From the NCBI GenBank assembly GCA_002737705.1, contig NSIM01000001.1, positions 66,472 to 130,471 on the forward strand: a stretch of DNA of 64,000 nt, given 5' to 3'. Shown in pieces: positions 17,888 to 27,771 of this stretch. The stretch is from Flavobacteriales bacterium (GTDB taxonomy: Bacteria > Bacteroidota > Bacteroidia > NS11-12g > UBA955). The notes beneath the pieces are model-generated. The model saw nothing but the letters and a program-made list of their open reading frames with translations, was not told where the DNA came from and searched no databases. Numbering within the stretch: the first letter of the stretch is position 1; the number at the start of each line of letters is the position of its first letter. Both the position numbers and the translations under genes were made by a program.

Positions 17888-19702
17888 TTATGCGCCAATA
17901 AATCCCTGGGCTTTTTTTAGGAAGCGTTCCAATGATTCACCCTGTAATTGTCCACGTTGTAACATGGCTAAATCCATACAGTATTGTAACAATTCATTGC
18001 GATCATTGCCTTCAGTAGACAATACTTTTGATGCCAAAGCATGGTTGCTATTCACCACCATTGTTTGCTTTTTCAATCCCATATCACCATAGGGGAATCC
18101 CTGTCCCATTTTTGCCATATCTTCCATTCGGCGTTCCCATTCACTTCTGTGAACAGAAATAAAATCGTCTTGTGGCGGCAAAGACTGAACAGATATTTCA
18201 AAAGCCAATTCATTGACAACAATCTTTACACTGTCTTCCAGAGATTTTTGTTGCTCGCTTGTTAAAGCTGATTCAATGCTGATTTCTTTTTCAATGAGTT
18301 GGTCCATCGGACCACCGTCCACACAGCGAAATTTTACTTTTTCAAATTTTCCTTCAACCCAACCCGCAAAATGGGTATCAAGTGGGCCGTTTAGCACAAT
18401 AACTTCGTAGCCTTTATCTTTAGCAGCCTTGATATTCATGTGTTGCACGGTCATATCGGTAGTGTATAATACAACCGTTTCTGCATTTTTGTCGGTTTGA
18501 TTGATTTTAGCATGGTCTATCCACTCTTGGATGGTATGCAGTCCACCCTCGGTGGTTTTTACCAAGCAAATATCTTTTGTGCGCTCAGAAAATTTTTCAT
18601 CAGAAACCATTCCATATTTCACAAATAAATCGAGATATTCCCATTTAGAATCAAAATCTACGCGGTCATCCTTGAACAATTCTGCCAATTTATCACTGAC
18701 TTTTTTGCTAATATGTTGGGTAATTTTTTTGACGTTTGAATCACTTTGCAGCGCACTTCGAGAAACGTTTAAAGGAATATCAGGAGAATCAATTACTCCT
18801 TTTAGCAATACCAAATACTCTGGCAATACATCCTTTACATCTTCGGTTACAAAAACCTGGTTGCAGTATAATTGTACCCGGTTTTGGCGGTTGTCAATCG
18901 CTTCGGTTACTTTGGGAAAATACAAAACCCCCGTGAGGTTGAATGGGTAATCGGTATTGATATGAATATGAAACAATGACGCCTCCTGCATTGGATAGAG
19001 TTCTTCGAAGAACTTTTTGTAATCTTCGTTGTTGAGCTCGGCGGGTTTTTTCGTCCAAATGGGTTGGGTATTATTGATGTCTTCATCATAAAATACAATG
19101 GGAACAGGAAGAAAACGGCAGTATTTACGCAGCAACTCACGAATTTTCCACTTCGACAAATACGTTTCGGCATCTTCATCGGTGAGTTGTAAAATTACAT
19201 CCGTACCGCGTTTTTTTCGTTTTCCTTTTCCGATGTTATAACTGGTCGCGCCATCGCAATCCCAATGAACAGCAGTGGAACCTTTTTGGAATGATTTTGT
19301 TTCGATACTGACGTGTTTAGATACCATGAAGGCGGAATAGAATCCCAAACCAAAATGTCCAATCATTTGCTCTGGATCTTTGTCTTTCCACTTTTCGGCA
19401 AATTCAGAGGCTCCTGAAAAAGCCAATTGGGTAATGTATTTTTCTACTTCTTCTTCGGTCATTCCAATACCAGAATCTGAAATCGTAAGGGTTTTTGCTT
19501 TTTCATCAAATGACACTTCAATCTTGCAATTTTCTATGCTTTCTTCAAATTCGCCAACCCGTGATAGCGTGGTTAGTTTTTTTGTTGCATCGACCGCATT
19601 GCTGATTAATTCACGAATAAATATTTCCTGGTCAGTGTATAGGAATTTTTTAATAATGGGAAAAATATTTTCCGATTGAACTGAAATTTGTCCTGTTCTC
19701 AT
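17888..19702 (-). CDS. htpG: molecular chaperone HtpG (Hsp90)
   Basis: GHKL ATPase motifs (ELISNAVDA, GxGFYSAFMV), full 604-aa Hsp90 architecture. Confidence 0.9.
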   Translation of the reverse strand: MRTGQISVQSENIFPIIKKFLYTDQEIFIRELISNAVDATKKLTTLSRVGEFEESIENCKIEVSFDEKAKTLTISDSGIGMTEEEVEKYITQLAFSGASEFAEKWKDKDPEQMIGHFGLGFYSAFMVSKHVSIETKSFQKGSTAVHWDCDGATSYNIGKGKRKKRGTDVILQLTDEDAETYLSKWKIRELLRKYCRFLPVPIVFYDEDINNTQPIWTKKPAELNNEDYKKFFEELYPMQEASLFHIHINTDYPFNLTGVLYFPKVTEAIDNRQNRVQLYCNQVFVTEDVKDVLPEYLVLLKGVIDSPDIPLNVSRSALQSDSNVKKITQHISKKVSDKLAELFKDDRVDFDSKWEYLDLFVKYGMVSDEKFSERTKDICLVKTTEGGLHTIQEWIDHAKINQTDKNAETVVLYTTDMTVQHMNIKAAKDKGYEVIVLNGPLDTHFAGWVEGKFEKVKFRCVDGGPMDQLIEKEISIESALTSEQQKSLEDSVKIVVNELAFEISVQSLPPQDDFISVHRSEWERRMEDMAKMGQGFPYGDMGLKKQTMVVNSNHALASKVLSTEGNDRNELLQYCMDLAMLQRGQLQGESLERFLKKAQGFIGA

Positions 19703-19870
19703 ATTTATATTTTTGCAATCGTCGTACCAATTTTATTCAACTGCAATTTTGTCAGTTTTGCCACATATTACGTTCTTAAGGTCGCCAGTTCCTCCATTTT
19801 TGAAGCCAATATTGGCATATTTGGTCTTATTCGCGCCCTTGGGTTTGATGTTGTACTTGAGGACCGAATG

Positions 19871-19898
19871 GCAGTTGCGAAATTGCAGTTGCGAATTT
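19871..19898 (+). promoter_or_regulatory. tandem 14-bp direct repeat GCAGTTGCGAAATT x2 upstream of recX / htpG divergent region
   Basis: Read directly: gcagttgcgaaatt gcagttgcgaattt, 57 bp upstream of the recX ATG. A related semi-palindromic copy TTGCAATTGCGAA lies at 20524..20536. Confidence 0.35.
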
Positions 19899-19954
19899 TA
19901 CAACCACTCCATCACCGATAAACGATATTTTTGTAACGGATTCTAATCTTATTT

Positions 19955-20458
19955 ATGGAGAACAGCACTGCCCCATTCAAAAAAAAGCATACCCCGTCGC
20001 AGGCACGGCCCAAAATAGAAAAGTATTGTGCCTACCAAGAGCGCAGCCACCTTCAGGTAAAACGCAAATTGGCCGGACTCGGATTGCATACTTCAGATGC
20101 TGATCTTTTGTTGGTAGAGTTAATGCAAAACAATTTTCTCAATGAAACGCGATTTGCCATGGCATATGCGCGGGGGAAATTTAATATCAAACATTGGGGA
20201 CGCTTAAAAATAAAACAAGGGCTTAAACGAGAGGGTATTGGCGGGAGATTGATACAAGAAGCGCTCGCTTCCTTGAGATTGGCAGAGTATCAAAAAACAT
20301 TACACGCCTTGGCACAAAAAAAATGGCCATTCATCAAGGCAGCTTCTCACAGGGAAAAGGTCGCTAAACTACAGCGTTTTCTTCTGGGTAAAGGATACGA
20401 ATACGACGCCATTGATTGTGTTGTGAAGGAAGTGATATCAACGACCAAAATCAGATAA
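19955..20458 (+). CDS. recX: recombination regulator RecX
   Basis: 167 aa. Three-helix repeat pattern with conserved YQERSxxEVxxKL-like and RFAxxYARxK blocks, typical of RecX. No recA adjacent. Confidence 0.75.
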   Translation: MENSTAPFKKKHTPSQARPKIEKYCAYQERSHLQVKRKLAGLGLHTSDADLLLVELMQNNFLNETRFAMAYARGKFNIKHWGRLKIKQGLKREGIGGRLIQEALASLRLAEYQKTLHALAQKKWPFIKAASHREKVAKLQRFLLGKGYEYDAIDCVVKEVISTTKIR

Positions 20459-21466
20459 ATGCATATTAAGCCATTCTAAGGCAGAAGTCCCCAATAGTTG
20501 GCTTGTTATTTCAGGGGCAAAATTGCAATTGCGAATCAACGATCCTGGATTGTCTTCACCCAAGGGAAAAGGATAGTCCGATCCCAATGCAATGCGATTG
20601 GCACCGATCAAATCAATAAGGTAATGCAACATTTTTGGGTCATGAACCAGGCTGTCCAGCCAGAATTGTCCCAAATATTTTTTTGGATTATTGGGGTTGT
20701 CGATTGCTACTAAGTCGGGTCGAGCATGCCAGCCGTGCTCAATTCTTCCTATGGTGGAAGGAAATGAACCACCTCCATGGGCAAAGGCTACCCTCAGTCG
20801 TGGCAAACGTTCAAAAATTCCACCAAATATCATCGAACAGATGGCCAAGGAAGTTTCGGCTGGCATTCCAACCAACCAAGGCAACCAATAATCTGGCATT
20901 TTTTTGTTCGCAGAATACCACCAGGGATGAACAAATAAAGCCATGTCTAAATCTTGCATCGCTTCAAAGATTGGAAAGGTAGAGGGGTCATTGAGGTTGA
21001 GGTGGTTCACATGTGAACCTATTTGAATGCCTTTTAGTCCAATTTCTTTGCATCGTCGCAATTCTTTAATGGCCAATTCGCTGTGTTGCATGGGTAAGGT
21101 TCCCAATCCTACAAATCGCTTGGGATAGCGAGAACAAACACCTGCAATGTGGTCATTCAGAAATTGGGCAATTTCCAATCCATCTTTTGGCTCAGCCCAG
21201 TAGCTAAACATAATTGGGATGGTACTTAAGACCTGGACATCAACGTGGTGGTGTCCACATTCTGTTAGCCGTTGTATGGGATCCCAGCAATTGCTTTCTA
21301 TTTCTCGGAAGAAAGCATCATCCACCATCATTTTGGCACAACAAGGTTTATGGTGCTCGAGATGTATAAATTCTCCGTAGCCAAATTTTTCCTTCCAACG
21401 GGGTAGATTTTCGGGTATTATGTGGGTGTGAATGTCAACGGTAAAAAATTTCTGCGGCGAAAGCAT
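20438..21466 (-). CDS. ACMSD-like amidohydrolase-2 family decarboxylase (2-amino-3-carboxymuconate-6-semialdehyde decarboxylase-like)
   Basis: IDIHTHIIPENLP...FGYG metal-binding N-terminus, ENCWDP, LSTIPIMFSYWA, RFVGLGTLPMQ, LFVHPW. Strong resemblance to eukaryotic ACMSD from memory. The 3' end overlaps the recX 3' end by 21 bp. Confidence 0.75.
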   Translation of the reverse strand: MLSPQKFFTVDIHTHIIPENLPRWKEKFGYGEFIHLEHHKPCCAKMMVDDAFFREIESNCWDPIQRLTECGHHHVDVQVLSTIPIMFSYWAEPKDGLEIAQFLNDHIAGVCSRYPKRFVGLGTLPMQHSELAIKELRRCKEIGLKGIQIGSHVNHLNLNDPSTFPIFEAMQDLDMALFVHPWWYSANKKMPDYWLPWLVGMPAETSLAICSMIFGGIFERLPRLRVAFAHGGGSFPSTIGRIEHGWHARPDLVAIDNPNNPKKYLGQFWLDSLVHDPKMLHYLIDLIGANRIALGSDYPFPLGEDNPGSLIRNCNFAPEITSQLLGTSALEWLNMHLSDFGR

Positions 21467-21493
21467 GGAACAAAAATAGCAACATTCGCGTAA

Positions 21494-22867
21494 TTGCCTT
21501 TTTTTGCAGTCAAAATGAGTACTTCAAAGAGAAATGTGAATTTGTTTGGGGCAATGAGTATTGTGGTTGCAAACATGATAGGGACAGGTATATTTACCAG
21601 TTTAGGTTTCCAATTGTTGGAAATTCAAAGTGGGTTTGGTATATCCATGGTTTGGATTGTAGGGGGTATTTTGGCATTTTCTGGTGCAGTTTGTTACGCA
21701 GAATTGGCTACTCGCTTGCCAGAAGATGGGGGAGAATATTATTTTCTTTCTAAAATTTTTCATCCGGCATTGGGTTTTGTTGCCGGGTTTGTGAGTTCAA
21801 CGGTAGGATTTGCTGCACCCATTGCAGGGGCCGCGATTGCTTTGGGGGCTTATATGCATGGTGTTTGGCCAGGGATCAATGAAATGGTTCTGGGCATTGG
21901 GGTTATTGTAGTCATTAGCGGTATACATTGGTGGAATGCGCGTTTGGGAATTGATTTTCAAAAGGGTTCAACTGTGCTAAAAGTGGGTATGATTGTATTG
22001 TTTGTTGTTTTTGGATTTGCTATGGCAACCGAATCTGTTAATTTTTTCCCGAATGAGCAAGCCGTGGCGGAGATTTTCGGGCCCACTATTTCTCAAGAAC
22101 GTGTATGCAATTCGTGGTCGATGTTTCATTTTATTACCCCAGCTTTTGCCACAAGTTTAATTTGGGTGAGTTTTGCATACAGCGGCTGGAATGCAAGCAG
22201 CTATATCGCAGGGTCTATTGAGAATCCCATAAAAAATTTATCGCGCAGTATAATTTTTGGGACCCTAATGGTCACTATTTTGTATGTATTGCTAAATATG
22301 GTTCTTATGATGTCTACCAATCTGGGAAATTTGAAAGGGGTAAAAGAGGTTGGATTGGTTGCTGGTAAGGCATTGTTTGGAATAAAATTTGGTCAAATAA
22401 TGGGCGGTATCATTAGCATTTTGTTGGTTTCAACAATTAGTTCGATGGTTTTTACAGGGTCCCGTGTATTGGCTAAAATGTTTGAGTCAATTCCTCGATT
22501 ATCGGGTTTGGCCAAACGGGAGGAGGATGGCAATCCCCGCCGGGCCATTGTTGTTCAAATGATCCTTGCCCTGGTATTAATGATAGTCATGGATTTCCCC
22601 CAATTAATATATTATATCGCGTTTACCTTGAGTTTGTTTACAATGATTGCTGTTTCGGGAATGATCGTATTGCGTTTTAAACAAGGAAAACCCCAAGGGT
22701 ATCGTGCATGGGGGTATCCCATTACGCCCATTGTATTTATAGTAACAACGGGTGCCGTAGCAGTATTTTTTATTCAAGACAAACCCATAGAAAGTATATA
22801 TGGCTTATCGACTGCCGTATTGGGATTTATATTTTACCTCTTTAGCAAGCCAAAAACCCCTTTCTAG
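21494..22867 (+). CDS. APC-family amino acid permease
   Basis: 12 predicted TM segments, N-terminal GTGIFTSLG consensus of amino-acid/polyamine/organocation transporters. Confidence 0.8.
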   Translation: MPFFAVKMSTSKRNVNLFGAMSIVVANMIGTGIFTSLGFQLLEIQSGFGISMVWIVGGILAFSGAVCYAELATRLPEDGGEYYFLSKIFHPALGFVAGFVSSTVGFAAPIAGAAIALGAYMHGVWPGINEMVLGIGVIVVISGIHWWNARLGIDFQKGSTVLKVGMIVLFVVFGFAMATESVNFFPNEQAVAEIFGPTISQERVCNSWSMFHFITPAFATSLIWVSFAYSGWNASSYIAGSIENPIKNLSRSIIFGTLMVTILYVLLNMVLMMSTNLGNLKGVKEVGLVAGKALFGIKFGQIMGGIISILLVSTISSMVFTGSRVLAKMFESIPRLSGLAKREEDGNPRRAIVVQMILALVLMIVMDFPQLIYYIAFTLSLFTMIAVSGMIVLRFKQGKPQGYRAWGYPITPIVFIVTTGAVAVFFIQDKPIESIYGLSTAVLGFIFYLFSKPKTPF

Positions 22868-23101
22868 AAAAATACAGCTGTTCTATTGGTACAACATTTC
22901 TGGCGATCCATCAACAATGTAGCGTACGAAATCATCAACAATTTGGTTTTGAAAGATTTGAGCCCCTGACATGGATACATGAGAATGGGGTTTGCTCAAG
23001 ACCACATTGTGAGAATATCGTCCTATACGGGGGCTTAAAAGTTATTTGAATCTACGCCTTTTTCTAGAAGGGGTTTCGCTGAATTTGCAGAACTTTGCAA
23101 A

Positions 23102-23572
23102 ATGGAATTAACGCAATTGGTATACAATATAGAGCAAGCTATTCACGATTTGGGTGTCGACCCCCAAACCGCAAAAGGAGAGGAATTAGGGCAGTGGTTT
23201 TTAATGCGAAATGAAACATCCATATTTATTGATGCGTGGAATGCAGAGCAAAAATCGCCTTGGAATTATTTTATTTTCGATACCGACAAATCCACTTTTC
23301 AACTTACAATTCCATTTTGTTATGCGCCCACCCTAAAACGAGAAGCTTTTTTAGAAGAATTGCTTACAGTCAACCTAAATCTGTTGTATGGAAAGTTTAC
23401 CTACAATTCAAAAGACAATGTTGTGGCTCTCGTTTACCGGGTTCCAGGAGATGCATTTCGCCATACAGAATTGGGCAATATTGTCGATGCGTTATTGTAT
23501 TATGCAGAGATGGCCTACCATGTTCTTAAAGACGAATTTCAACTTAAGCGGATAGAAACAGAGGGGCAGTAA
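23102..23572 (+). CDS. YbjN-like (T3SS-chaperone-fold) hypothetical protein
   Basis: 156 aa, acidic, no signal peptide. Pattern of a YbjN/DUF1790-type putative sensory-transduction regulator. Weak, from-memory assignment. Confidence 0.45.
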   Translation: MELTQLVYNIEQAIHDLGVDPQTAKGEELGQWFLMRNETSIFIDAWNAEQKSPWNYFIFDTDKSTFQLTIPFCYAPTLKREAFLEELLTVNLNLLYGKFTYNSKDNVVALVYRVPGDAFRHTELGNIVDALLYYAEMAYHVLKDEFQLKRIETEGQ

Positions 23573-23788
23573 AGCCAATTTTGAGATTACCGTATTGCTT
23601 GTTGGTCACGACATGTCCGGGTATGAAAGGGATCTTATACTGTGACGATGAAGTTGTTTGGCAAAACAGCTTAATGTTCGGCATAAAGAAAACCAAACGT
23701 TTGGTGATTGTTGATGAGGCGCCACATTTGCCGGAGGATTACATGCTAAGTTGTCCCTATACAACAATCTCACCGGTATTCAAATACT

Positions 23789-24526
23789 TTAGCGGCCCTG
23801 TCTCTGGGCAGCAATTCGCTGTAAATCCGATATGCTTTGCTTGGCAGCGAAAAAATTGGGGTCTATTTTAAGTGCTTCCTGCAATGCGGTGGCCGAGCTT
23901 AGGATATCTCCGATTGCATTGAGCATAAGGGCTTGTAAATATACAAATGCTGCTTTTGCAGGAACATTCTCTTGAATATGTGCTTGAATATGCTCCATCC
24001 GCACTTTTCCCTGTTGTAATGTGGAGTCTTTCAGGGCCAGCGTAACCATTGAATCACATGTATTAATATTTCCACGTGCCATTTCTACAAAGCACATATC
24101 CCACCAAAATGTTGGGTCTTTGGTTTCATTCCACAGTTCTTGAAAAATCACCATGCAGGCAGTGTCTTTTCCTTGTTCTAAATACAACTTTGATTTTATC
24201 TCGCGTAAAAAAGTATTTTTTGGATTGAGATTTAGGCCTAAATCCACATAGTACATGGGTGTTTTTGTATTGCGAATCGTTTGCCCACCCACCAGTCCAT
24301 TGTGGAAAAAGTGGAAATAAGCCAAACTATCATAAGCCCATGATTGGATGCTGCTGTCTTGATTTACCCAGTGGGTTAGAATTTGGGTCGCCGTTTGATA
24401 GTCACCGGCAGCCAAACTCATAGTATAGGCCCTTTCAGTAGAATTGTCTTTGTTATTGCTGCAAGAAGCCAATAGTAATAAAAGGAAAACGACAACAATT
24501 GGGTGTATAAGTTTCATTGCAGTCAA
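23789..24526 (-). CDS. hypothetical lipoprotein (TPR-like helical)
   Basis: Signal peptide with lipobox LLLASCS, otherwise helical. No enzyme motif recognised. Confidence 0.5.
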   Translation of the reverse strand: MTAMKLIHPIVVVFLLLLLASCSNNKDNSTERAYTMSLAAGDYQTATQILTHWVNQDSSIQSWAYDSLAYFHFFHNGLVGGQTIRNTKTPMYYVDLGLNLNPKNTFLREIKSKLYLEQGKDTACMVIFQELWNETKDPTFWWDMCFVEMARGNINTCDSMVTLALKDSTLQQGKVRMEHIQAHIQENVPAKAAFVYLQALMLNAIGDILSSATALQEALKIDPNFFAAKQSISDLQRIAAQRQGR

Positions 24527-24583
24527 AGGTAATTAGATTTTGTGAACCAAAAAGTAATCGCTTTTATTAACTTTGTGCTACCT

Positions 24584-25915
24584 ATGTTTGAGAACCTACA
24601 GAACCGGTTGGAAAAGGCCTTTAAGACACTAAAGGGCCAGGGAAGAATCAATGAAATCAATGTGGCCGACACAGTGAAGGAAATTAGAAGGGCATTGATT
24701 GCGGCCGATGTTAATTTTAAAGTTGCCAAAGATTTTACCGATACTATTTTAGAAAAAGCCAAGGGTCAGGAGGTGATTAAATCCATTTCCCCCAGCCAGC
24801 TATTGACCAAAATTGTAAATGACGAATTGGTGAAATTATTGGGAGGAGAAAAAAGCGATTTACAACTTCATGCCAGTCCGACAGTCATATTGGTTGCTGG
24901 CTTACAGGGGTCAGGTAAAACGACATTTACGGGCAAATTGGGTATGTATTTAAAGGGCTTGGGTCGCAATCCATTGTTTGTAGCGGCTGACGTTTATCGA
25001 CCGGCAGCCCGTGAGCAATTAAAGGTATTGGGACAGCAAGTAGGGGTATCTGTATTCAGTGAGGATACAAATAACAATCCAATCGATATTGCGGAAAATG
25101 CACTTGCATTCGCCAAAAAAAACAACCACAATGTCCTCATTGTTGACACTGCGGGCCGTTTGTCTGTAGACCAGAAAATGATGGAAGAAATTGCCCAATT
25201 AAAGCGGGTGCTTAAGCCCCACGAAATTCTATTTGTGGTTGATTCAATGACTGGGCAGGATGCCGTAAATACCGCAAAATCCTTCAATGATGTTTTGGAT
25301 TTTACGGGTGTAGTTCTTACCAAATTGGATGGCGATACAAGGGGCGGTGCAGCGTTGAGCATTAAAACAGTCGTTAATAAGCCCATTAAGTTTGTGAGCC
25401 ATGGAGAAAAGATGGAAGCATTGGATGTATTTTATCCCGAACGCATGGCGGGTAGAATCTTGGGTATGGGCGATGTGGTTTCACTGGTAGAAAGGGCTCA
25501 AGCAGTTTTTGATGAGGAAGAATCAGAACGGTTGTCAAAAAAAATTGCCAAAAATAAGTTTGACTTTGAAGATTTTCTATCGCAATTACAACAAATTAAA
25601 AAAATGGGCAATGTCAAAGATTTGTTGGGTATGTTGCCTGGAGTTGGTAGCCAAATCAAAGATTTAGACATTGATGACAATTCATTTAAAGGCATCGAAT
25701 CAATTATTCAGAGCATGACTCCAAAAGAGCGCGCTTTTCCAGAAATTTTGAATGCCAGTCGCAAACAGCGTATTGTTCGTGGCAGTGGTAAATCTATCCA
25801 AGATATCAATAAATTACTTGCGCAATTTGAGCAAATGCGAAAGATGATGAAGGTGATGAATAATTCCAAGGGCAAGATGCCAAGCATGCCGAACCTGTCT
25901 AGCATGAGACGATAA
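24584..25915 (+). CDS. ffh: signal recognition particle protein Ffh
   Basis: N-domain, G-domain P-loop GLQGSGKTTFTGKL, DTAGR, TKLDGD, and a Met-rich M-domain (MPSMPNLSSM). Start taken at MFENLQNRL (ORF track 24542). Confidence 0.9.
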   Translation: MFENLQNRLEKAFKTLKGQGRINEINVADTVKEIRRALIAADVNFKVAKDFTDTILEKAKGQEVIKSISPSQLLTKIVNDELVKLLGGEKSDLQLHASPTVILVAGLQGSGKTTFTGKLGMYLKGLGRNPLFVAADVYRPAAREQLKVLGQQVGVSVFSEDTNNNPIDIAENALAFAKKNNHNVLIVDTAGRLSVDQKMMEEIAQLKRVLKPHEILFVVDSMTGQDAVNTAKSFNDVLDFTGVVLTKLDGDTRGGAALSIKTVVNKPIKFVSHGEKMEALDVFYPERMAGRILGMGDVVSLVERAQAVFDEEESERLSKKIAKNKFDFEDFLSQLQQIKKMGNVKDLLGMLPGVGSQIKDLDIDDNSFKGIESIIQSMTPKERAFPEILNASRKQRIVRGSGKSIQDINKLLAQFEQMRKMMKVMNNSKGKMPSMPNLSSMRR

Positions 25916-25919
25916 TGGC

Positions 25920-26555
25920 ATGAAAAACATCGCAGACATCCGAAAAGAGTACACCAAAGGTGCGTTGGAGCCCCAAGAGATGGGACACGCTCCCATTCCG
26001 GTGTTTAGGGAGTGGTTTCATCAAGCGATAACCTCTGAAGTTTTGGAGGCAAATGCCATGGTTTTGGGTACGGTTAATTTACAGGGAAGGCCATCTTCTC
26101 GGGTGGTATTGTTAAAAGGTATCACCGATGGGGGCATCGTATTTTATACCAATTATGCGAGTAGAAAAGGACAAGAAATCGCGGCCAACGGATTTGTTTC
26201 GGCGGTATTCTTTTGGCCGGAGTTGGAAAGACAGGTGCGCATGGAGGGGCAGGTGAAACAGGTAAGCGCAGCGCAGAGTGATACATATTTTTACAGCAGA
26301 CCAAGAATTTCTCAGGCTGGGGCGGTGGTGTCGGAACAAAGCCAAGTGATATTGAGCAGAGAGGCCTTAGATGCTCGGATGACGGAATTGTTGGCCGACG
26401 AATCGATCAAAATAGAACGTCCCAAGCACTGGGGTGGCTATGAAATTGTGGTGGATCGCGTAGAATTTTGGCAAGGCAGACCCGGCAGGGTGCATGACCG
26501 TGTGCTGTTTGAAAAGCTCAGTGGCATTTGGCTGAAATCTCGATTAGCGCCCTAA
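25920..26555 (+). CDS. pdxH: pyridoxamine 5'-phosphate oxidase
   Basis: FMN-binding split-barrel motifs (RVVLLKG, VFYTNYASRKGQEI), C-terminal RVEFWQGRPGRVHDR signature. Lies 5 bp after ffh. Confidence 0.85.
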   Translation: MKNIADIRKEYTKGALEPQEMGHAPIPVFREWFHQAITSEVLEANAMVLGTVNLQGRPSSRVVLLKGITDGGIVFYTNYASRKGQEIAANGFVSAVFFWPELERQVRMEGQVKQVSAAQSDTYFYSRPRISQAGAVVSEQSQVILSREALDARMTELLADESIKIERPKHWGGYEIVVDRVEFWQGRPGRVHDRVLFEKLSGIWLKSRLAP

Positions 26556-26686
26556 AGAAGATAGACTTTTTTTGGGCATGATAGGGTTGTAAGATCTTGA
26601 AGGCAACAAAACGGCTCTTTGTACCCGACTAAATTTTCTACCAATGTTTCACAAACTCTTGGAAAGTGGTGCTTTACCACGGGTGA

Positions 26687-27511
26687 TTATCCGGCAGCGG
26701 GATCCCTGAAACCGTCCATTAGGTCATTGGAGATGCCGGTGAAGCTGAAACCACCGTCGTGGAAAAGGTTTTGCATGGTCACCATGCGGGTGTAGTCAGA
26801 GAACAAACTCACGCAGTATTCTGCGCAAGCGGCGGCACTGGCGTTGCCTAACGGACTCATTTTGTCGGCATAGTTAAAGAACGCATTGAACCCACCTACG
26901 CCTGAACCAGCAGTGGTTGGTGTTGGACTTTGGCTGATGGTATTCACGCGAACGTGCTTTTTCTTGCCGTAGTGGTAGCCGAAAGAGCGGGCGAAGCTCT
27001 CGAGTAACGATTTGGCATCGGCCATTTCACCGTAGTCAGGGAAAGTTCGCTGCGCAGCGATATAGCTCAAGGCCACAATGCTACCCCATTCGTTCATGGC
27101 GTCTTTTTTGATCAAGGTTTGCATCAATCGGTGGAACGACATCGCACTGATATCGAGTGTTTGGTGCATATACTCGTAGTTGGAGTCGGTGTAAGGGTTT
27201 TTCTTGCGAATGTTCAAACTCATGCCCACGCTGTGGAGTACAAAATCAAAGTTGCCTCCCAAGGCCTCAGTGGCACCGGAAACCAAATTGTCTAGGTCTT
27301 CCATTTTGGTTACATCGGCATAAATTAAGGGTGCATTCAAAGCCTTGGATAAAAGATCAGTTTGTCCAATTTTTGCTGCCACAGGCGCGTTGGTGAGAAC
27401 AATGCTTGCGCCCTCTGCATGGCATCGTTCGGCGACTTTCCAAGCAATGGAATTTTCATTGAGTGCTCCGAAAATAATGCCTTTTTTTCCTTTTAATATA
27501 TTGTTTGACAT
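26687..27511 (-). CDS. fabI: enoyl-[acyl-carrier-protein] reductase (NADH), FabI
   Basis: GKKGIIFGALNENSIAWKVAE N-terminal motif, SYIAAQRTFPDYG...K catalytic region, C-terminal HDGGFS. Confidence 0.8.
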   Translation of the reverse strand: MSNNILKGKKGIIFGALNENSIAWKVAERCHAEGASIVLTNAPVAAKIGQTDLLSKALNAPLIYADVTKMEDLDNLVSGATEALGGNFDFVLHSVGMSLNIRKKNPYTDSNYEYMHQTLDISAMSFHRLMQTLIKKDAMNEWGSIVALSYIAAQRTFPDYGEMADAKSLLESFARSFGYHYGKKKHVRVNTISQSPTPTTAGSGVGGFNAFFNYADKMSPLGNASAAACAEYCVSLFSDYTRMVTMQNLFHDGGFSFTGISNDLMDGFRDPAAG

Positions 27512-27771
27512 GGTTTGTAAGGGTATCACAATAATACATGTTTTATGGCAAATCTATTTACGTCTTCAGGGGGGTATTTTTGATGATTGGGGAGTATAAT
27601 AAAGTTTTATCATACCCATAAATCCACCGAGTAGTGCTTCGATTTTTAATAAGACCGCCCAATACCACATTTGGATTGTATTGCCACTTTGGAAGAACAG
27701 TGCTTCACAATTATTTGACAATTTGAGTATTAATGTGTTAATTTACATAGCGTAAATCAGATTGAATTCGT

